Shown: piece after piece, positions 37,501 through 50,435 of the stretch
Layout of the letters: each line of letters opens with the position of its first letter
Position numbering within the stretch: the stretch's first letter is position 1
NCBI GenBank assembly: GCA_010909165.1
Contig: MU008158.1
Location: 1,203,478 to 1,267,477 of the forward strand
Origin: Anthoceros angustus
Lineage: Eukaryota > Plantae > Anthocerotophyta
Reading direction: 5' to 3'
Length of the DNA: 64,000 nt
Program-made: the position numbers and the translations under genes
The notes under the pieces: model-generated
Told to the model about the DNA's origin: nothing
The model's input: the letters and a program-made list of their open reading frames with translations, nothing else
Database searches by the model: none

Positions 37501-40500
37501 TTGCCAGCTTGTCTAGCACAGAGATGGGTATGGTCGACCTAAACTTGGTGCCAACATCAACAGCTTCTGAGGGGTTGATTGGTTTACCTGAGACTATTCA
37601 GGACTGCCCTCACACAGTCTTGGCAGAGAAGGAAGATGTCAAGCCGGAGCCAGTTTTTGACAGCATCTTGGGACATGTTTCTCTAAAGGGAGACAAGTTT
37701 TGCTGTACAGGGTGCGGTGTCCTTATTAAGCAGTCGGATGTCCAGAAGCATCCCATCTTGCCTGTGGGCGTCTGCAGGGGGTGCTTCCAACGATATCATA
37801 GTGGCCCGTTTACTAGGGTACGTTTGGCTGCTTACTGTCAGATGCATTTTTTCAGAATATCCTTTTTTCAGAATATCCTTTGTTGATACATGGAAATCTC
37901 TTCAGGGTGAGGATGGATCAGAGGCAGAGTGTCGCTGGTGTGGGGATGGGGGGAGTATTGTTTGCTGCGAAAAATGTGACAAGGTCTTTTGTGAGAATTG
38001 TATACGACGTAATTTCGGGGAGAATGAACTCAATCGCATACTTCAAACAGAGTGGGAGTGTTACATATGCAACTCCGACCCACTGAAGTCATTGGCCCTA
38101 ACAGAAGTGCCTGGGGAGTTATCGGTGCCGGTGAATGGTCGCAAGAAATCAAGGTATATAGTGTGCGACCAAGACCTTTAGCTTGTGTGGTGATTTCAGA
38201 ACTACCTTTTTAGGCACAGATTTTCAGACTCTGCCTTGTTTTCAGTCAGTGTTTAAAAGCTTGGTTTGTGGCAGATCACGTCGCCGAAATATAAAAAAGA
38301 TAGCTGATGATGACGAAACGACCAAAGAGCTTCTACAAATGGAGAAGGTATGGTTTGCTTGAATTGTGGTTGATGCACCTGGTGATGTACCCAAGCATGT
38401 TGTGTGATTTGTTACAAACCTTACAGGACCGGCAAGAAAGACAGGAGAAGTGGCGTGAGGATGCGGCCAGGAAAGATGCTGCATCTATAGCTAAGAAAGC
38501 TGAAGCTGGTCAGAAGGATGAGATAGACCTCGTTGCTGGCAAAGTTGTGGGAGGATATGTTCTTAACACTAAGAAAGATGAAGAATTGGTTTGCGTGTGT
38601 CCAAGCATTTCCAGGCTGTTAAGGCCCCATCAGGTTGGATCTACTCTATCTTCAGGTTCATGAATGTATTTCACTGCCGTTTCTTGCTTGGGCCTCTTAA
38701 CTGTGCGAGCCTGACTTGCTATGCTGCTCTTCTTTGGTTTGTCCTGCTTTCAGGTCAATGGGGTACGATTTATGTGGCAAAATATTGTTGATTCTGTGGA
38801 TAGGGTGAAGTCAGGACAGTGTGGGACAGGATGTATATTAGCCCATAGCATGGGCTTGGGAAAAACATTGCAGGTATATCCAAGATAGCAGTTATTGCTG
38901 GATCTTTGTATGTTTTTAATTGGGAACAATCTTACTGAGGCCTATTTCTGATGTTATCAATCCGGCATGTGGAGTTTGACTCAGGTTATAGCATTCCTTC
39001 AAGCAGTATTAGCGAAGAAGGATTGGAGCCTCAGAAGTGCCCTTGTTGTAGTCCCAGTCAATGTATTGCACAACTGGCGAAATGAATTCAGGAAATGGAG
39101 GCCAGAAGAGATGGCACCGTTGTCTGTATACATGCTTGAAGAGCCATGCAGGTGAGGATGATGAATTTGAGCGATATCTGGTTTTGCATTTTTTTACCAA
39201 ACCTGGATTGAAAGCCAAAAGCGTCATTGCCAGGGATGAGACGCGGATTAGAGTGTTGCGGAAATGGCATGAGCGAGGTGGTGTCATGCTCATGGGGTAT
39301 ACATCTTTTCGAAGTTTCTTGACTGGGAAAAACAAAGACCAGTCTGTGCGGGCTGAATTTGCGCGCTATTTGCAGGTACTTTTGGTCTGATCCGTTAGAT
39401 CCTGTTTCTCTTGAAACATGTTAGTAACGTATGAAATGATGTGTTTTTAACAGAATCCAGGGCCAGATATCCTCGTATGTGATGAAGCTCACTTGATTAA
39501 GAACCAGTTAACGGAGATCACCAAAGCCTTGAGAAGTGTTAGGACTCGTCGACGTATTGCCTTGACAGGATCTCCATTGCAAAACAACCTGATGGAGTAC
39601 TACTGTGTATGTTGTTAGACTATGGACTTGTTCAATCATGTGTTGGTGAGACCTGTAGGTTCAATAGCTTATTCCTTGAATGTCTTCAATAGCTTACTAC
39701 CTTGAATCTCGTTCTTGTCCTGAGATCTCAGATGGTTGACTTCGTGAGAGAGGATTTTCTGGGGACCCCGCAAAAGTTCCGAAGCATGTAGGTGTTGTAT
39801 GATAGCATTTTTCACCTTGGGGTTTTAGTGACATTGAGCAAGATGAGCAATATCGGTGTTCTTTTCCATGGTGCATTGGTTCATTTGGATTGATCTCTGC
39901 CTACTGAGTTGTGCAGCTTTCTTAACCCTATCGAAAATGGTCAAATGGTCGATTCAACTCCAGAAGACGTGATGACCATGAAGGAGCAGGTAGTTGTTCT
40001 GCACAAGAGGCTGCAGGGGTTTGTACAGCGTGTAAGTATGACCGTGTTGAAGGATGAACTCCCCCCGAAGTGTGCCTATATCATAAGTGTTCGGCTATCA
40101 CCACTACAGCGACTTCTGTATGAAAATTATCTACAGTCCAATTCCCTGCAGTCGTTTGCTGCTATCACTGAGGAGAGGCGATCAAAAAAGAACGGTCTTT
40201 TTGGGGCTTATCATGCTTTGTCCAAAGTAAGAAAAGTTGTGGTACTCCGCCTTTTGAAGGTGGTCCCTTCTACTGTATTCCATCCTGCCACTGTGTCTCG
40301 CATTCTGACACTTGTTTTAATGGCCCCTCAGATTTGGAATCATCCTGAAGTTCTTTGGATTGCCAAAGAGACACGGAGTAAAGAGCCAATCCCAGAATCA
40401 GAAGATAGTGATAGTGAAAACGGTGAAGGGAAGCTGAATCTCGGTAAAATCTTTCCCAAACTTTCATTTCAGGAAGCCTGTCAGCCATGTGCGGTGTTAG

Positions 40501-42669
40501 GTGCTCAGCAGCATTCTGCCCATAACTGCAGGTCTTAAGGGTAAGCACGTGCAGCGCCAAGGCAACAAGGAGCTATCAGAGGTAAGAGCGAGAGTGTTTC
40601 TTGGTCTGCTTTGTGAAAGTGCATGCAGAGTGCCTGTGATTTTGGGTGGTTAAATCCTGCTGATTTTGTGAGCTGGGTTGATCTTTAGGCAGACAACAGG
40701 GTATGGTGGAAGGATGCATATCCTCCTGAAAGCCGAGGGCAGGAGGATACTAGTGGCAAGATGGTCCTACTACTTCACCTGCTTTCTCTATTCTCAGCTC
40801 GAGGAGATAAGGCTCTTGTTTTCAGTACAAGCCTTCCAATGCTTAGTCTTATTGAGAAACACCTGGAGAAGTATCCCCGGGCCTCAGGTGGCTGTTGGAG
40901 AAAAGGGATAGAGTGGTATAGGTACGTTCCCACTACTCCCACTAAGGTTGTGTGCTTATTTATACCTTACTGGTTCAGATTGAGTGATTGTTCGTTTATG
41001 CGGGGTTTGGTATGGCTTGGCAAAGGTATAGGCCTGTAACCGTACAGCTCATGCTTGATCAGGTTTGATGGGACCACTCTGGGAGCAGCGAGGCAAGACT
41101 TCGTCGATCGTTTCAATAATCCGGAGAACGTAGATGTTCGGTGCATGCTGATATCCACAAGAGCTGGATCACTCGGAATCAACCTACCATCAGCAAATCG
41201 TGTGGTCATGGTTGATGGTTCATGGAATCCCACACATGACTTACAGGCTCTTTTCAGGGTGTGGAGGTATTGTTCACATTTTGTTTCGAGGTTTGCAACT
41301 TTTGTTCTCAACGATGATGGCCCCCGTGTTGCCTAGTCTGGTGCTGTGTCTTTGATGTGAGGATTTCTGAATAAGATGCAATTTTGGCGTGCAGATTTGG
41401 GCAGAAAAAGCCTGTGTATGCCTATCGCCTTTGTGCACACGGAACTATGGAAGAGAAAATCTACAATCGCCAGGCAAGTTTTCCATATGTTTCCAGAGTA
41501 CCCTGCCACGTAGCACATAAGGTGAAGCTGTTACACCTATCCCGATTACTGCAGGCTAATATGATATTGTGGGAAACAGGTTTTCAAGGAGGGAATGGCT
41601 GCAAGGGTCCTGGATCAAATTCAGGTCAACAGGCATTTCACTGCCATTGATCTGTTGGCGTTGTTCAAGCTTGACAACGACAATGATGGTTACGACTTCG
41701 AGCAGGGAAAAATTGTCCTGGAGAGCAAAGCATCAAGTTCTGTACCTCCTGCTATGGTGACGGGAAAGCCAAGCAGTGGTTTACCTAGACTGCTGTCCGG
41801 CAATGGCCCTATTACAGACGATGTGATGAGGGATCTTCTTGCAGAGCATCATCCTAAGTAAGGTTCCTTAGCCGACAGGAGCACCTCACATGTTTGAGGA
41901 GTGCTATATGTGAAATGCATTAACATCTCGATGTGATCGTTCATGCAGGTGGATAATTGGATACCATGAGCATGAGCCTCTCCTTGAAGATATGGAGGAT
42001 GAGAAGCTTTCGGAGGAGGAAGTAGCTGTTGCCTGGGAGAAATACAACAAACAAGAGGCGCTTGCCTCCCAGCAACAGGCGGCGTATCAGCAACATGCTG
42101 CGCAGCAACAGCAACATGCTGCGCAGCAACAGCAACATGCGGCGCAGCATCTGCAACATGCGGCGCAGCAGCAGCACCATGCGGCCCAGCACCAGCACCA
42201 TGCGGCGCAGCAACAGCAAGCCTGGCTGGCAGTCCAAGCCTGGCAACAGCAGCAACAAGCTGCGCTGCAGCAGCAACAAGCTTCGGTGCAGCAGCAGCAA
42301 GCTTCGGTGCAGCAGCAGCAACAGCAAGCTTCGGTGCAGCAGCAGCAAGCTTTGGTGCAGCAGCAACAGCATGCGCAAGGAAAGTTTCCGTGGCAGACTT
42401 GTTTCCAGCATGGCAACAGTTCCCTCCAGGAGGTACATCAGCAACAAGGTGTACATATGCAGCAACATCGTCGGGGAGATACAGTGTCTCCGCAAGCGGG
42501 TAGGCAGTTGGAGCAATCTTCGACACGCAATATTGGCTTGGTGCACTACCCAACGTGTAGCCCAGAGGATCACGCGAGGTTCTTCAGTAGAGCTCGTCTC
42601 GCGCCTGGTGATCAGGTCATGTGCAACACCTGTAAGCAGGTTGTGGGCTGGGAGGTCGTAAACCGCTAA
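34570..42669 (+). CDS. ATRX: ATRX/CHR20-like SNF2 chromatin remodeler with ADD domain; many exons
   Basis: Plant ATRX N-terminal block ([28 protein letters not shown]; [13 protein letters not shown]); ADD Zn fingers (CTGC..HPIL..VCRGC; [30 protein letters not shown]); SNF2 motifs [54 protein letters not shown]; C-terminal CxxC. Confidence 0.95.
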
Positions 42670-43854
42670 GTTGTAGTCAGCCAAGCTGTGGCAAATTTTG
42701 TTGTACATTAGTTAGTCTCAAACAACTGATTCACTAAAACTTTCATAGGATTTGTGAGGTCATGATTGCCTCACTCGCTCACTCACTCACTCACATCCGC
42801 ATGCCAGGCCCAAGTTTTGCTCTTTTCTCCTGGGCATGGTCTGGGGGATCTGAGTCTGTCTTTGTGGTGGAAGTGGAAGGTTTCGTTATCCACAGCGGTG
42901 AGAAAAAGTTTGGGCATACCAGGTAATGAAATTTAGAGGGTGGCGGATGATGTTTGGATTTGAGGATATTTTATATAAATATTATTTTTATAGTATATAT
43001 ATATAGTTCTGTATCTATATATATATGTTATATTTAAAATTTATTAGCTAATTACAGCTTGTTCTCCTGAAGTAGTGAATAATGCTATAGCTACGGAGCT
43101 ATAGCTTTGTTGACTAGGTGGGTATAAGATGTATAGGATACATATCCTTCATTTTGTTTTTTAAGGATCTTTTAGTAAAAAATACCCTATCACCTAATAA
43201 AATTTCCTTGTCCTACCAAGGAGGTTTACGAGGTACATCCATCCATGTGAGAGTTTGTTTGAATGGATGTACATACATAATATGGGCCGTGTTGGAAGAG
43301 GGAGGGAAGTGTGAAGAAGGAGAGTCCGTTTGAAATTCGAAAAGCTGACACATGACTGTCGCACTCTGTACATTGGGTGCACATATCACTCTATTCCTAG
43401 CCCTAGCCATATATGTACATACATATGTACATGGGCTTCGGCCAGCTAAGATTCTGGCATGACGTGGTAAGGACATTTTTGCCGTGCTTGGCAACCAAAG
43501 GGAAAAAGGACGAGCTCGGCAAGGCAAAGGAAGGGAAGGCTGGAAGCGGGGGAGTTTGTGGATTCGTGAATGGTGAGTGGTGGAGTGGTGAGCAGTGGAG
43601 AGGCAGCGTCGCGTTGCGCCCCACTTGCTCTGCCAGAAGAGCAACAGAACAGGGGCTAGGCGAGGGTAGGGTAGGGTAGGCTGGGTTGTCATGGAATCCA
43701 ATCCGCACCTCCGCACACGTACCTGCACCCCGCACCCGCACACGCACCAACAAGCCTTTCATCCTTCCATCCTTTCACCCCTTCCTACATTCATCACCCA
43801 CTACGCTGGCCTGTCCCCGAACCGGCTGGCCTTGGAGTCGTCTGTTTCAGCCCG

Positions 43855-44226
43855 GCTGGGGGCTGGGGGCTGGGGCTGGGGCTGCGGCTGGGGCTGGGGC
43901 TGGGCTGTCTCTTGCAGGGCGGGCGGGCATGCAAGCCCTCTTCTCCTCTGCCCTCCCCGTTCCGTGCCCCCCTCACGGGACGGAACGGCACGGACGCAAT
44001 CTGTTCACGTGCACCAGCAAGGGGTCGGGTCCGGACTCCACACTCCCCCCTTCACCTACCTCGCCAGTCCCAGTCCCAGTCCCAGGCGAATATATGCGCC
44101 AGTCCCGAGGCGCCCCGATTTTTCCTCCCCCCGTTCCCCCACCCACTTCACCTTATTACCAAACTGCGTACAGTATGTATGTATGCGGCCAAATCCGAAT
44201 CCGAATCCGAATCCGAATCCGAATCC
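43855..44226. repeat. Simple repeats (GGGGCT)n at 43855-43905 and (GAATCC)n at 44191-44226
   Basis: Directly visible. Confidence 0.85.
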
Positions 44227-46114
44227 GTTGCAGCAGTTACGAATGACGTCATGTATGTGTACCACCGATTTTATTATTACCGCAGCAACGGAGGGTAGGC
44301 GAGGGTCAACAGCATGGACGACTAGCCGTCTAGGCGACTAGCCCGATGATGATGATGGATCCCATGTCCAGTGCGTCACCGCAAGCGCAAGCAGCCAAAT
44401 CCCGGCCGACGCCGACCAAAACTATTTTAATTAACTCTCGCCACTCGGCAGTCGCCAGACGCCAGTCGGCTAGTAGGCTAGTCGGCTAGTCTGCTAGTCG
44501 GGCAGTCGGCTAGCCGCCCCAGCCGCCCCAGCCGCCCCAGCCGCCCGACCGACCACGCTCCCCGCCTCTCTTCTCCTGCCACCCGCATCCCACGTTCTAT
44601 CCATGTACTGTACATACACCACACACACTTACGTACTGCCGTCCCACTGGCTACACTACGTGGCACTGACGTGGCGACGCCATTGGCCCAGCTGGAGCCT
44701 GGAGCCTGGAGCCTGGAGCTGGATGCTGGTCGGCCACCGCCAGACGCGTCCAAGGCGACCGCGTCTCCCCTCATTATATCCTCTCACGTCACTTTAACGC
44801 CGTTTCTTTCCGTTCGCGATTCGCACGTTCCAGGTACTGTCCGTTGGATCGATAGGCATGTCGGCCTTTTCACCTTCCTCCATATCATATTGTTTTTTAT
44901 GTCGCAAGGCTACATGATGACTTCATCTCATGTCCTCTTGTCATCGATAAATCAGCTGGTGTTTGGGCATCCATGCATGTTCCATGTAGCTAATATACCT
45001 AGTCTAATGCATTTTGCGCTGGCCGGCCCCGGCCCTGGCCCGGCCCCGCCCGGCCGCGGCAGTTAAAAATGGATCCCATCCCCGATTTCACCGCGCCCCG
45101 GGCCGCGCCACGAAAGATGGGTCCGGTCGTTGCTCTCATCACCCGCGATTTTCTGCTCTCCTTCCTCTCATGCGGGCTGTGGGCTGTGGCTTGCGCCGGC
45201 TTGCAGGCGACACCGGAGACCGCGGCATCGCGTCCCCGCCCGCCCGCCCTCACCTCGCGGGCCGAATGCCTCTTTCCCCGCTCTGCTACTCCTTCCTGGC
45301 CTCCAGCTCCCTGCGCGGAATGCGCGCCTGCTGCCAGGGGCCTCGCAGCACGCGCCAGATCTGCCCTTCCCGCTCTGCTCTGCCGCTGCTGCTGCCGCTG
45401 CGCCTGCGCCTGCGCCGCATTGTGCTGCCTTGTCTGCCTCGCTGCGTCTCGCACCTCCGTGCTGGCCAGTGAGGCCAAGCGCGGGGGCCTGCGCTTCAGA
45501 ATCTGCTGCCTTCGCCGCACCCGGGCGGCCATCATGTCGTGTGCTGCCCTCGCAATTACCTCGCTCGGGGTTGCATTTTGCTTCCGTTCCTGCTGCCAAG
45601 CCCTCTCCGTTTGAAACCACTGCTGCCGCTTGCAATCTCTGGGCCTCTCTGCTTTTGCTCGCCGCTGCTGCCGCCGCCGCCCGACCCTACCTCGCCTCGC
45701 GTCGGATGGAATGTACTATGGCGGATCCTCGGAGCTTGGCGTTTGGGAGGATGGATGTGTGCATGGCGCTGTCAACGGCAACGGCAACGGCAACGGCAGC
45801 GGCAGGTGGAGTGTGGCGACGGAAATGACTTGGCGTCGGGATGCCCTTCGCTTAACGAGGATGCGGGGTAGTGTTACGGCCTATGCTGCTGCTGCTGCTG
45901 CCGGTGCCGGGGGCATGGACGTTCATATGGATATAGATATCGGTATGGATATGCAGTGCACGCAGTAAGCACGGGGAAGGACGGACGAAGGGAAGGGGGA
46001 ATGGGACTCGGAGAAATGCACGCGCCTTGCCAACACCAGCGCGTTCTCCCGGCGGACCCTTGGATGCTGCAACAGCAATAGTGCCGCCTTGCCTCCCTGC
46101 GCCATCCCTCGGGG

Positions 46115-48354
46115 ATGGATCGTCGACCCGCTCAGCCTCTTCTCCAAGCCCTGATAGACCTGGTTCAGGATCTCTCCACAATTGTGGACCATGTCACAAG
46201 CTACAGGAAAGAATGTGTCAACCTGCTCCGCCGTGTCAAGCTTTTGGCTCCCCTTTTCGAGGAGCTCAGGGATTCCGGGGCCGCTCTCCCTGCCACGGCG
46301 GTCTCTTCGCTCCGTGCCTTAGAGGCTACTCTCAAGAAGTCGAAGCAGTTGCTGGAAGAATGCAGGGACGGGAGCCGCTTTGTTCTGGTAGGTTTTGGGA
46401 ACGTCACCCGCTTACTATTCGTCCATCCTCTTTCGCATTTTCTTTCCTCACACACACGCGGACTCGCCTGCTTCATCAGGTAATGGATCGAGACATATTC
46501 GCTGTCAGATTCCGGACACTGACCGCGGATCTCAGCAGAGCTCTGGACGGCCTTCCGCTCGACCTCTTGGATGTCTCCGATGAAGTTCATGAGCAGGTGC
46601 ACTTCCTTTCCGCCCGGGCCCCAGACACGCACTCTTCTCCTACGAACCCTCCGCTTGCTTACCATTTCACCGCCTTGTTCCCCAGGTCGAGTTGTTGCAT
46701 GCTCAATTGAAGAGAGCCAAAGGAAGGGTGGACAGTCAAGATGAGCAGTTGTACGTTGCGGTCAAGAACATTCTCAAGAGGGAAGGAGAGCCTGCGGCCG
46801 TCCTCGACAGCATCGCTGACAAGCTCCACCTCAGGTCAGAGAGTGCATGGAGACATGAGTTAGCGGCGCTGGAAGCCAAGAAAACGAGAATAGGTTCTGA
46901 GAGAGGCTGCTGGACGCACGATGAGATCGACCGGATTCTCAGAGTTGTGAATCGTATTCGTTGGGTGCCATCCACGGACGAGTACGATGACGGTGTCTTT
47001 CCTGCTTGGAGGGACAAGCCTTCCAGCTCCAAGGGATTCCATGCAAGGAACGGGGTCCCCAATCCTCCTGATGACTTCAAGTGTCCCATCTCTCTGGAGC
47101 TTCTCAAAGACCCCGTCATTGTAGCCACAGGCCAGGCAAGACAACTGTCCTTTCCCTTCCCTTCTGCCCTCCGTACCTTACTTCTGGTGTCAAATCATTT
47201 GGCACTGCTCGTTGCTGGCTCTAATTCAACCTACCTTACCTCTACTGCAGACATATGAACGAGCCTGCATCCAGAAATGGCTGGAGGAAGGCAACCGAAC
47301 GTGTCCAAAGACTCAGCAGACCCTTTCTCACCTGGTCTTGACACCTAATTATGTCCTTCGAAGCTTGATTGCGCAGTGGTGCGAAGCCAATGGCTTGGAG
47401 CCACCCAAGAGGCCCGGCAATGACAAGGGGGGTAAGAATGGTGGGAAGGGCGGCGATTTTGTGGTATCCGGTGGAGACCAGACTCTAGTGGAATCTCTGC
47501 TCCAAAAGTTGAAAAGCCCTCAGCCCGAGGTGCAGAGAGCAGCAGCTGGAGAATTGCGACTTCTTGCCAAAGTGAGCGCAGAAAACAGGGTGTGCATCGG
47601 CAAGTGTGGTGCCATTCCGCTTCTGGTTTCAGTCCTCAGCGCTCAAGATTTGAAGACTCAGGAACATGCAGTCACGGCGCTTCTCAACTTGTCCATTCAC
47701 GAAGGGAACAAGCGGGCAATTGTGTCAGCCAATGCTATCAACCCTATTGTGGAGGTCCTCAAGCATGGGAGCATTGAAGCTCGAGAGAATGCTGCTGCAA
47801 CTCTCTTCAGCCTGTCTGCTGTGCAGGAAAGTAAGGCCACTATCGGAGCCTCAGGCGCCATTCCAGCCTTGGTGGAGCTATTGAAAGATGGCAACAGCAG
47901 GGGCAAGAAAGATGCAGCCACCGCCCTTTTCAGCTTATGTATTTATCCAGACAACAAAGCTATCGCTGTGAAAGCCGGGATTGTCGCTCCCCTCTTGGAG
48001 CTGCTAGTAGACGCGAGCATAGGCATGGTGGATGAATCTCTTGCCATACTGTCTGTGTTGGCAACGCATTCAGAAGCAAGGACAGCCATCTCCAGAGCCT
48101 GTCCCACGGCTGTGCTGGTGGATCTCATCTCAAGTGGATCCTCCAAGAACAAGGAAAACGGTGCTGCTGTTCTTCTCCAGCTGTGTCGTGCTAGCAGCCA
48201 TCATATCACAGCAGGGTTGAAGCTAGGAGCCGCCGCCTGCTTGGAGGAGCTGTCTCAGTCAGGCACATCTCGAGCTAGGAGGAAGGCAACAGAGCTTCTG
48301 CAGCTCTTGAATGAGCAGGAGACTGTCTCAATTGGTTGCGGAAAAGTCCGGTAA
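46115..48354 (+). CDS. Plant U-box E3 ubiquitin ligase, UND-U-box-ARM class (PUB12/13/14-like); exons 46115-46387, 46481-46596, 46686-47135, 47251-48354
   Basis: UND ([23 protein letters not shown]; EVHEQ|[12 protein letters not shown]), U-box ([23 protein letters not shown]|[31 protein letters not shown]), ARM repeats ([36 protein letters not shown]). Confidence 0.95.
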
Positions 48355-50435
48355 ACAACCTGTTGAAAGTTGTGTGTCACCTTGTACTTTGGGAAAAGCG
48401 CAGAGTAGGTGGAAGGGATGTAATTGTAGCCTCTCCAGGTACTTGATATCTGGTGGAAGAGGGGAAATTCTCTTGTCCTTCTGCCCCTCAGGATTGTGTT
48501 AGTTATCAACAGCAGCAAGTTTTGGTACCTGTGCTCAGTAAGCTGCACAAGTAGCATCACTGGGTGCCATCTCTCTGTAGTGCCAGGTAGCAAGCTGGCC
48601 TTGTGTAAGTCACATTTAGGGGTTGTAAAATATAGACTGCAGCCATATTGCGCTGCAGGTTGAGGAGTGTTCGTATGCAAAAGTAGCAGTCGGTGTTGTG
48701 TTCTATTTGGAGGTCCGCTCTGGTGCTAACAAGGTTGGTTACGGTGCCTCAATGTTGATCTGCAGTGCTGGGTTTTGGTAGCGTTAAAGTTGGAAAGGGC
48801 CTTTGTTGCGCGATCACACATGAGCTGTTCCCTTGACAGCTGGTGTTCACGGAGGGCGCACATGGCAGCGATATTGCAACATTTGCCCTGCCCTGGTTGC
48901 TGATCACATGGTCACATCACGAGCATCCAACCGGTAAGCTCGGTAAGCTCAGGAGACAAACCAAAATTAGCAGTCCATGCTCCGAGTTTTGTGCAACTGT
49001 TCAAGATGACAGATGGTGAGCTACTCAACGGGGAGTTTTGATCCGCTGTACGTAGTCCTACCTGTCTCTATAAGCGACTTGACAGGTAGAATACAGCACA
49101 GAGGGAGGGCATTGTGCATACAGCAGGGATGGGCCGCATGGCTGTGCGTCTCTCTTAGAAAAGCAAATGCACGGAGATGGGCAGATTATCTTAGACTACA
49201 TGCTGTAACCTGTATCGAGGTCTATCAGTCCTAATTCCAGTTTAGCTTTTGAATGCAATCCATTGCACCGTCACCTTGACTCGGCACCCACTAATGTGCC
49301 ACCATAGCAGCAGCCGGTTCCTCGTGAATGGTTCAACGTCGGCACGAGGCACGCTTGCCTCGGTGGCACGATGCACTAGGCGCTCTGACAGCCCGAGTGC
49401 ATTGACGTGCCGAGGTGACAGCCTATATTCGGACATCATCACAGAGCTGGCTCCAGGAGTCGCACGACTTTCAAGTTTCTTTCGGCCCAGTGAAAGGATC
49501 GAGGGCGCGTAGAATATGCTGGAGTTATTACTATGGAAGGTTTTAGAAGAGAAGCCGAGATGCTAATTCAGCCAATGAGCATGCAGATTTGGAGCCTTTC
49601 CGCTTTCGAAGCTCTGTGACACTGAATCTGGGTCCGCTTCCAAAGCTGTTCATCGCTGAATCTGCGTCCGCATTGCATCCATGGCGCTCAGCTTTTACCC
49701 TTTTACCTGTTGCACTGGGATGCCCTTGTACAGATGCCAAGACAAGTGGTGGGCTAGCTACTGTATGGGTCTACGTGTGGAGTCCGATTTGTTGACTTTT
49801 CGAAGGGGAAGCTCTTGTTATCAAACACAGAGCTCATCCACCTGTTTGTTCACCAGTGGGATGATGTCCTCAAGAACGGGTGTGAAATTTAGCAAACATA
49901 CTTCTGAGTTTGCGAGGTTGTAAATAGTGTTTACAATTGTCGTGCCTTCCAACAGCGTCAGCTGCCTCCCATCATCCAATTGTTCTGCCTCCCAACATGC
50001 ACTTGTGCTGTCTCTCCACATGAAGTTATTCGGCCTCCCAACAGTATGTGCTGCCCTTCAACATACAGCTGTGCTGCCTCCGAACAGTGTGTGCTGCCCT
50101 TCCAAACAATGCGTGCTGCCTTCCAAACAGTGTGAGCTGCCTCCCACCCATGTGCTCTCGATTCTAACGAGAGTCCTGTACTCTAAGTTGTCTATCTTGC
50201 CAGGCTAGATAGGCTTGTGTCAGAGTGCTTGGTTAGGAGACTTGCGTCCCTGTATGCGACTACCTCAGCCAGCTGCGCTCTGCTTCAAGCTCCTCCTGTC
50301 TCAGCCAGCTGCGTTCTGCTTCAAGCTCCTCCTGAAGCAACAACAGTGCGTGTCTCATCGCCATACGTGCATACCGCATACGCATCCCCAGACTAGGCTC
50401 CTTCAGCAGGGCTAGTTCCGAAGCACGTCGGTCGG

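Noticed and set aside
41941-42708. Poly-Leu, poly-Cys and poly-Ser ORFs
   Set aside because: Alternative frames and antisense of the ATRX CAG/CAA repeat exon.
44999-45635. Cys/Ala-rich ORFs upstream of PUB
   Set aside because: Arise from (GCT/GCC)n-rich leader sequence; no domain recognised.
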